The notes under the pieces: model-generated | Told to the model about the DNA's origin: nothing | The model's input: the letters and a program-made list of their open reading frames with translations, nothing else | Databases searched by the model: none | Made by a program: the position numbers and the translations under genes | In this document: positions 8,498-14,096 of the stretch, one piece after another | Position numbering within the stretch: the stretch's first letter is position 1 | Layout of the letters: each line of letters opens with the position of its first letter | Assembly (NCBI GenBank): GCA_963830915.1 | Contig: CAWHOE010000077.1 | Span: forward strand, 1-14,096 | Direction: 5' to 3' | From: a candidate division FCPU426 bacterium | Lineage (GTDB): Bacteria; Oederibacteriota; Muellerivitia; Muellerivitales; Muellerivitaceae | Length of the DNA stretch: 14,096 nt

Positions 8498-8524
8498 CTA
8501 ACGGCATTATCCTCGTGAACTTGA
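8498..8524 (-). promoter_or_regulatory. Putative sigma28 (FliA/SigD) promoter
   Basis: Minus strand reads TCAAGTTC-N11-GCCGTTAG against consensus TAAAGTTT-N11-GCCGATAA (6/8 and 6/8, exact spacing), about 40 nt upstream of ATG 8458. Confidence 0.55.
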
Positions 8525-8576
8525 ACCCCTATTTTTAAATCCCAACGAGCGTTAACGCGAGCTCGGCTTGTCCGGG

Positions 8577-9150
8577 TCAGGCCTTGAAACGTCCGGAGAT
8601 CACTTCCCAATCCAGGGCTTTCATAAGGGCCCCGATGTAATCGGCCCGGTTGATGCCGTAATCTGTGATATAGGCGTGTTCGAAAACATCCCCCACCAAA
8701 AGGGGAACGCTTCCGGCCAGATGGCCGCCGTCGTGCTCGTTGACCCAAAGATTGATGAGTTTTTTTCCGACCGAGTCCCAGACCAGGATGGCCCAGCCAA
8801 TGCCCCTCATGGCGCAGACGGCCTTATAATCCTTTTCCCAATTCTCCACCGAACCGAAGTCCGCCGTGATCTGTTTGCCCAAGGGAGAATTTCCGTCCAA
8901 GGGTTTGGAATTCTTGTTCAAGTTGCCGAAATACAATTCATGCAGTCTCATGCCGTTGAATTCCCACCCGAACCGGCGTTTCATCTCCGCATAGGGAGGA
9001 GTTCCGGCCTCAGCAGTTCTTCAAAAGGTCCAGCACCTTATTGGTATTGGTCACATAACCTTCATAAAGTTTGAAATGGTTCTTCAGCAGGGTCTCGCTG
9101 AAACCCGGCAGGCCGATCAGATGACTGAAATTCTTCGCTTCATAAGCCAT
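8577..9150 (-). CDS. Fe/Mn-family superoxide dismutase (ChrC-like subtype, about 190 aa when repaired), split by a +1 frameshift at about 9015-9025
   Basis: AAGGAG RBS then ATG 9150: MAYEAKNFSHLIGLPGFSETLLKNHFKLYEGYVTNTNKVLDLLK. This part is absent from the ORF track and stops at 9010-9012. It continues in the +1 frame as TAEAGTPPYAEMKRRFGWEFNGMRLHELYFGNL...GIGWAIL...DVFEHAYITDYG. Metal ligands H, H, D and H are present. Confidence 0.92.
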
Positions 9151-9184
9151 AACACGCTCCTTGAAATGGATGAATCATGGTTTC

Positions 9185-9212
9185 ATTGTAAGAAAAGACG
9201 GACGGTTCTCAA
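9185..9212 (-). promoter_or_regulatory. Putative sigma70 promoter for the SOD gene
   Basis: Minus strand reads TTGAGA-N16-TACAAT (5/6 and 5/6 to consensus), 34 nt upstream of ATG 9150. Confidence 0.6.
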
Positions 9213-9254
9213 GAGGGGGAATGAAAATAAGAAGGGAAAAAGCCGGTTTGGTGG

Positions 9255-9641
9255 TCAGGAAATGCCGCTCAGGGTGGAGGGTTTGGAGTGTTCCACCTTC
9301 AAGGCTTCCTCGTAGGTGGTGAAAAGCTTGAAAATCTTGTCGAACTCCAGGAATTCAAAAGCGTCATGGACCTCGGGTTTCATGCCCGCCAAAACGACCT
9401 TACCGCCCTGTTTTTGGACGATCTGATTCTTGCTCAGGAAGAGGCTCCACCCCCCGCTGCTGATATAGTTGGTCTCGGTCAGGTCAAGGATCAGCTTTTT
9501 GATGGTCTCGGAAGTCAGGACGGTCTGCAGGGTTTTATCGGCCTGCGCCAATGTCGCCGCGTAAAGGAAACCTTTGAAACGGAGCGTGACCACACCTGAT
9601 TGACGGGGCTGATGAATGATATCGATCGAGAGATTGTCCAT
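9255..9641 (-). CDS. STAS-domain anti-sigma factor antagonist (SpoIIAA/RsbV-like)
   Basis: LILDLTETNYISSGGWSLFL...GGKVVLAGMKPEVHDAFEFLEFDKIFKLF, including the YISS.G phospho-Ser motif. ATG 9641 (MDNLSIDI) fits the domain size better than TTG 9698. Confidence 0.9.
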   Translation of the reverse strand: MDNLSIDIIHQPRQSGVVTLRFKGFLYAATLAQADKTLQTVLTSETIKKLILDLTETNYISSGGWSLFLSKNQIVQKQGGKVVLAGMKPEVHDAFEFLEFDKIFKLFTTYEEALKVEHSKPSTLSGIS

Positions 9642-10046
9642 GGCATTCCCAGAAGTTTTATCGATAAATAGGACTAAACTCAATATAGGGGCCGGCAAGA
9701 TAAAGCTCTAATGAATACGAACCTATTTTAGGAAATCGATTAGCAATGATCCGGTCGGAAAATGAGCGGAATGTCGCGAACTGATCCGGGAGGTAAAGGG
9801 TCAAACATTTTCCTTTTCATTGGAACCGGTTAAATGGTTGAACACACTGGATCGATGGGTGAAAGGAGGGGAATGATAACGATTCTTGCTGGTTCAGGGA
9901 GAGGTTATTAGCTGATGGGAATATTCCTGGCGATTTATATCATTCTTCCTGGATAGGGCCTATAGTCAAAGCCGGTCTAGAGGGGAACCATGGATCTATG
10001 GAGCTTACCCCCGTTCGTTGACCGCATCTTGAAAGGAATTTCCCGA

Positions 10047-10394
10047 ATGAGGATCAATAAAGAGCAGGTCCAAGAGAACATGAAAGACAGCGAGTGCGTG
10101 CTCATCAACGTTCTCTCCAAAAGCGAGTATAAAAAAATGCATATCAAGGGGTCGGAAAGCTTCCCTTTGACCGACGATCACTCGGCCTTCACGAAGGAAG
10201 TGGGGGATAAATTCGGAAAAAAGAAGAACCTCATCGTTTACGGCGAGCGCTTCGGCATCCTGGATGGGTTCGAGGCCGCGAAGGCCCTGACCAAAGACGG
10301 ATTCAAGGTGGAAAATTACTCGGGAGGGCTCCAGGAATGGTTCCGCGCGGGATTGCCGGTCGAAGGAACAGAAGTCAATACGTCCCAGGTTTAA
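10047..10394 (+). CDS. Single-domain rhodanese-like protein lacking the catalytic cysteine
   Basis: AAAGGA RBS before ATG 10047. VLINVLSKSEYKKMHIKGS, LIVYG, AAKALTKDGF and YSGGLQEWFRAGLPVEG match rhodanese signatures. Confidence 0.85.
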   Translation: MRINKEQVQENMKDSECVLINVLSKSEYKKMHIKGSESFPLTDDHSAFTKEVGDKFGKKKNLIVYGERFGILDGFEAAKALTKDGFKVENYSGGLQEWFRAGLPVEGTEVNTSQV

Positions 10395-10415
10395 TGCCCC
10401 AGTCTCAAGCCAAGA

Positions 10416-11333
10416 TCATCCTTTGAACTCCAAGCTGGCCTCGTTGAGCAGGGCCATTTCCCAAGCGGTCAATCGCCATCCCATCGCGCCAGCGTTCTCC
10501 TTGGCCTGGGAAGCGTTCTTCACCCCCGGTATGGGGAAGGTCCCTTGGACGACGCACCAGTTCAAGGCGACCTGATTGACGGTCTTACCGCCATGGGCCG
10601 CCCCGATCCGTCTCATGAGATCCACCAGGGGTTGGATCCGGGCCAACTGTTCTTTGGGATAAAAGAACCGGCGGGGGCCGGGCGGCGGGTTCCGCGGCGT
10701 GTATTTGCCCGACAGCATTCCCATTCCCAATGGGCTATAGGCGATGAAGGTGATGTTCGACTTCTTACACTCCTCCAACAATCCATTGAACTCGTTCTTG
10801 CGCCGGACCAGGCTGTATTGCACCTGATTGGAAGCGAGAGGCACATTCCTGAGCGCCAAAGCGTCCCGGGCTCGGAGCATCTGATCCCTATCGTAATTCG
10901 ACACCCCGACTTCCCGGGTCAGTCCCAACTGGACCGCCTCCGCGAGGGGTTCCATCCAGGCCTTGACCGAACGAAAGGGCATGGGGAAATGCACCTGGTA
11001 TAGGTCCACGCGTTCCAGGCCCAATCGTTTCAAACTCGCCTTCAGGGATATCAAAAGCGCCCTCGTGTTTATCCGCCAGGGGTAGGGCATGAATTTAGTG
11101 GCGATCAAGACCTTCTTGCTGGGGTATTCCTTCAGGAAAGAACCCAGAAAAGTTTCGGATTTCCCCCGACAATAAACCTCGGCGGTATCGAAAAAAACAA
11201 CTCCCGAATCCAGGGCCGTTCGAAAGGAATCCCGAAGATCCGAATCGGAGTAGCCCTGGCCGTATTTCCAGACCGTGCTGTCCCCCCAGGCCCAGGTTCC
11301 AAACCCCAGTTCCAAACCTTCGAAAACGCTCAT
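10416..11333 (-). CDS. Aldo/keto reductase
   Basis: LGFGTWAWG, FDTAEVY, IATKF, SLKRLGLERVDLYQVH, VGVSNY, SNQVQYSL, IAYSPLGMGMLSGKY, QVALNW and PIPG. Catalytic D/Y/K/H tetrad is present. Confidence 0.96.
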   Translation of the reverse strand: MSVFEGLELGFGTWAWGDSTVWKYGQGYSDSDLRDSFRTALDSGVVFFDTAEVYCRGKSETFLGSFLKEYPSKKVLIATKFMPYPWRINTRALLISLKASLKRLGLERVDLYQVHFPMPFRSVKAWMEPLAEAVQLGLTREVGVSNYDRDQMLRARDALALRNVPLASNQVQYSLVRRKNEFNGLLEECKKSNITFIAYSPLGMGMLSGKYTPRNPPPGPRRFFYPKEQLARIQPLVDLMRRIGAAHGGKTVNQVALNWCVVQGTFPIPGVKNASQAKENAGAMGWRLTAWEMALLNEASLEFKG

Positions 11334-13022
11334 GAGGCGGTCCCCGTTCCAGGGGTGAGGGAAGGCGCCGGTTCAACCAGGGGGGCCTTTTGGAGCTGGT
11401 TTATCCTCTGCCGGATCTCCCTGGCTTTTTCAGCCAAATTTTCCTTCTGATAGACGAGTTCCGCTTCCTGAAAGGCCTTTAAAGCTAAGGAACGGAACAA
11501 TTCTTTACCCCCGCTGATCCATAAGACCTGGTAATGATCGCCTAAATTGGCTTGAGCCAGGGCGTAATCCAGGGGGTAACGGTCGAGGGTCCAAACTTTC
11601 AGGGATTCCAGGCTGGCCTGGATGGCGGTCGCAAGGTTCTTTTCTTTATCCTCCAGTAGCGCCAACCTTCCATAGACCGAGCTGACATTATTGGTCAGCT
11701 TGGCGTATTCGTAAGGGTAACGGTCCAAGGTGCAGACGTTCAAACCGTCCAGGTAGTTCTCGATGGCTTTTTTGTAGTTCTCCAGAGGGTTCCCTAAAGA
11801 GGCGTAATAGGTATAGACATTTCCGATGTTCAATTTAAGCAGGGCGTAATTGTAGGGAAAGGTATCGGCCTTGAATATCCGAAGGGCTTCATTTTCCGCC
11901 GCCAAGGCCTTGTCCAGATAGAGGGTCTTGTGGGTCGCCTCAAAAAGGGCGCAGTAAGTATTTCCCGTGTCGGTCTGGATGGTGGCGTAGTTGAAGGGAC
12001 TGGAATCCTCTTTATAGATCAGCAGGGCGTTCTGGAAAGATCTCAGGGCCTTGGCCAGTATCCCGTTATTGTTGTGGAAGGCGTGGTAATGGAGCAGGGC
12101 GTCGCCGATATTCAGCTGGGTCATAGCGTAACCATCCGGGTCGGATTCCAGGGTGGCTACCTTCAAAGCTTGTTCGTAAGCTCCCAGGGCGTTCTTGACG
12201 TTCGGTTCTGGATCGTAGGATTCGGAAAGGTTGATGAAAGCCTCCCCCACGCTATTGGAGACGATGGCGAACTCCTTCGGGTGCTCCCGGGGCGTGAAAT
12301 AACGCAGGGCCTCCCGGTCCGCGTCCAGGGCCTTGCGCAGGTTATCGGCTTTGTCTTTTTCCTCGGCCAACTTCATGTATTCCTTCCCTAGGTCCATCTG
12401 GATGGTGGCCGAGAGGTCCGGGTCCTTCCGGTCCGAACTGACCCGAAGGGCGGTCGTGTGCAATTCGATGCATTCCTCCAGATAGGGGACCTTTTCCTTG
12501 ATGTCGGAAAGAATGGAAAGGGAATCGGCTAGCTCGCTGATGACCCGGGAGATCTTCACCCGGTCCGCGGACTGGGGGTCCTTGCCATAGAGGGATTTGA
12601 ACAGGCCCATAACATCCTTCAAGGCGTCCACGGCCTGTTGGGCGTTCTCGCTGGTCTTGCCCTTCTGGGCCGTTTTCAAGTAACAGAGGGCCAGCCCGGT
12701 CTCGGCGTCGGCGTAGATCTGGGCGTCCTCCTTCTTGGAAAGACGGGAGAGGGCTTCTTTGTAATAACGGATGGGTTCGCTCAGAATCCCCGCCCTGCTG
12801 ATAGAGATTGTCCGCGGTCTGGATATCCAGGTTGGCCTGGCGCAGGGTGTCTTCCTTCGCTCTTTTTTCCTCGAGCAGGTAGTTGGAAGCCAATGAAACG
12901 ATCAGCACCAGCAGGCCGCCCAGGACCGTGGCTACCAGGGTCTTGGCGTCGATAGTTCGTTTTACCACTTTGCCGATCTTGTGGTGAAGCTTGTTCTTTT
13001 TGTGAGGGATGGTCTTTTTCAA
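11330..13022 (-). CDS. Membrane-anchored TPR-like repeat protein (about 563 aa when repaired), split by a +1 frameshift at about 12788-12795
   Basis: TTG 13022, basic N-terminus, TM helix LVATVLGGLLVLIVSLA, then ...NLYQQ. It continues in the +1 frame as GILSEPIRYYKEALSRLSKKEDAQIYADAETGLALCYLKTAQK into ORF 11330-12679. 47-aa repeats such as TLDRYPLDYALAQANLGDHY. The stop overlaps the AKR start (ATGA). Confidence 0.85.
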
Positions 13023-13213
13023 TGGCCCACTCGGTCCGGCTTTGATGAACGACGGCCCCCATTATTCCCGAAAGCGGCTGGATGGGACAGGGGGTTGTTG
13101 GGACAAGTCGAAGTTGGGCCATTACTATATATGAAGAATGTCATAGTGTTCTGACGTCAAAACGTGTCAAATGAGCCGGCCTAAAGCGGCACTTATCCAG
13201 CGGAGGAGGAGAA

Positions 13214-13756
13214 ATGAAAATGGATTTTATATTCTCGGGAATGGTCTGGGGCGCGTTCTTCATCCTGTTGGGGGTTTCCATCATCTTCAAGATCCTGTTC
13301 CACTGGGACATTCCGGTGTTCCGAACCTTCTTCGCTCTCTTCCTCATCTTCCTAGGGGTCAAGATCATCGTGGGAGGGTTCCATCGGGGACTTCCCCGGC
13401 AGGACGCGGCTCCTCCTCCGGCTAGTGTTTCGACCGACCCAGGGAAAAAGACGGACGTGGTCTTCGGAAAGGGGACCATGGACCTGACGGACCTGGTCCT
13501 CAAGGATCAGGATATCGTAGTGGAATCCAACACGGTCTTTGGCGAGACGATCATCAAGATCAAGGCGGATACCCCGGCCCTGGTCAGGACCAGTTCGGCC
13601 TTCGGGGAGGCCCGTCTGCCGGATGGAAGCTCCTCGGCCCTCGGGACCTATATCTATAAGACCAAGGCCTATCAGGAAGGCAAACCCAGGCTGATCGTGA
13701 ACGCCAATGTGGTTTTCGGCGCCATGGAAGTGGTGGAAGAAACCTCCCGGAAATAG
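13214..13756 (+). CDS. LiaF-like (cell-wall-active antibiotic response, DUF2154-type) membrane protein
   Basis: GGAGGAGGAG RBS. Two TM helices (WGAFFILLGVSIIF; FFALFLIFLGVKIIVG). C-terminal beta repeats VVFGKGTMDLT, NTVFGETIIKI, SAFGEARLP and ANVVFGAMEV. Confidence 0.8.
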   Translation: MKMDFIFSGMVWGAFFILLGVSIIFKILFHWDIPVFRTFFALFLIFLGVKIIVGGFHRGLPRQDAAPPPASVSTDPGKKTDVVFGKGTMDLTDLVLKDQDIVVESNTVFGETIIKIKADTPALVRTSSAFGEARLPDGSSSALGTYIYKTKAYQEGKPRLIVNANVVFGAMEVVEETSRK

Positions 13757-13784
13757 ATCCAGTCCGAGAGGTTCTTTTTCTCCT

Positions 13785-14096
13785 TCAGGGAGCGGTCTTG
13801 TCCAACGAAGCCTGGAAGGGCGAGGCGGGCAGTCCTTCCTTGTTGAAAAGGTCGCATATCGGATTATCGGCCCAGGCGTAGCGGACCCGGGCGGGTTCCT
13901 TCACGTCATCGCTCCAGAATCTCGACCTTGTTTTTATGGATGCGGGCTTTCGCCCAGTGGTAGGGTCCATCCGCTCCCGCCACCGCGAACCCCTGAAGCT
14001 CATCCCCCCCGCTTTTCAGCCCTCCCCCGATGTTATCGAAGCTCAAGACCAGCTTGCCGTCGACCGCCTTCATAGAAGACTCGAACTGAACGGTTC
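13785..14096 (-). CDS. 3' end of a sialate O-acetylesterase-family gene, truncated by the window, with a +1 frameshift at about 13917-13920
   Basis: Manual translation gives [56 protein letters not shown], then in the +1 frame [47 protein letters not shown] and VRYAWADNP...N..GLPA.PF are characteristic of the C-terminus of this family. Confidence 0.85.

Noticed and set aside
9657..9685. Second sigma28-like promoter upstream of the STAS gene (TTGAGTTT-N10-ATCGATAA)
   Set aside because: The spacer is one base short and both boxes are degenerate, so it is not distinguishable from chance.
9862..9911. AAAGGAGG followed by a 12-codon ORF (MITILAGSGRGY, 9873-9911) as a leader peptide
   Set aside because: The SD-to-ATG spacing is only about 3 nt, and there is no regulatory codon run or attenuator hairpin.
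8577..10394. ChrC-like SOD plus rhodanese (ChrE-like) as a chromate-resistance locus
   Set aside because: No chrA or chrB is present, the genes are divergent and separated by a STAS gene, and the rhodanese lacks its catalytic Cys.
2904..11333. Cytochrome c, dioxygenase, SOD, rhodanese and AKR as one redox/detoxification system
   Set aside because: Orientations are mixed, promoters appear separate and unrelated genes are interspersed, so there is no operon-level evidence.

Overview
Bacterial accessory-gene region with no rRNA, tRNA, CRISPR array or mobile element that I can support. It opens with the 3' part of a large, probably secreted modular protein: a jelly-roll-like domain, a ~320-aa alternating Thr-X stalk containing 102-bp tandem repeats, an NHL beta-propeller and a T9SS-type-A/FlgD-like C-terminal tail. 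It then carries genes for a monoheme cytochrome c, an orphan with a near-perfect sigma54 promoter, a DODA/YgiD-type extradiol dioxygenase, two exported hypothetical proteins, a Sel1-repeat protein, a membrane hypothetical, a small orphan behind a sigma28-like promoter, an Fe/Mn superoxide dismutase, a STAS anti-anti-sigma factor, a rhodanese-like protein lacking the catalytic Cys, an aldo/keto reductase coupled to a membrane-anchored 47-aa-repeat TPR protein, a LiaF-like membrane protein, and the 3' end of a sialate O-acetylesterase-family gene. Four genes (Sel1, SOD, TPR, esterase) are each split by a single +1 insertion that the ORF track does not resolve. This is most simply explained by long-read indel error. 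I did not find a convincing multi-gene novel system. The best leads are the Thr-X stalk protein and the orphan genes behind alternative-sigma promoters. All family calls come from motif recognition by eye, with no database search.
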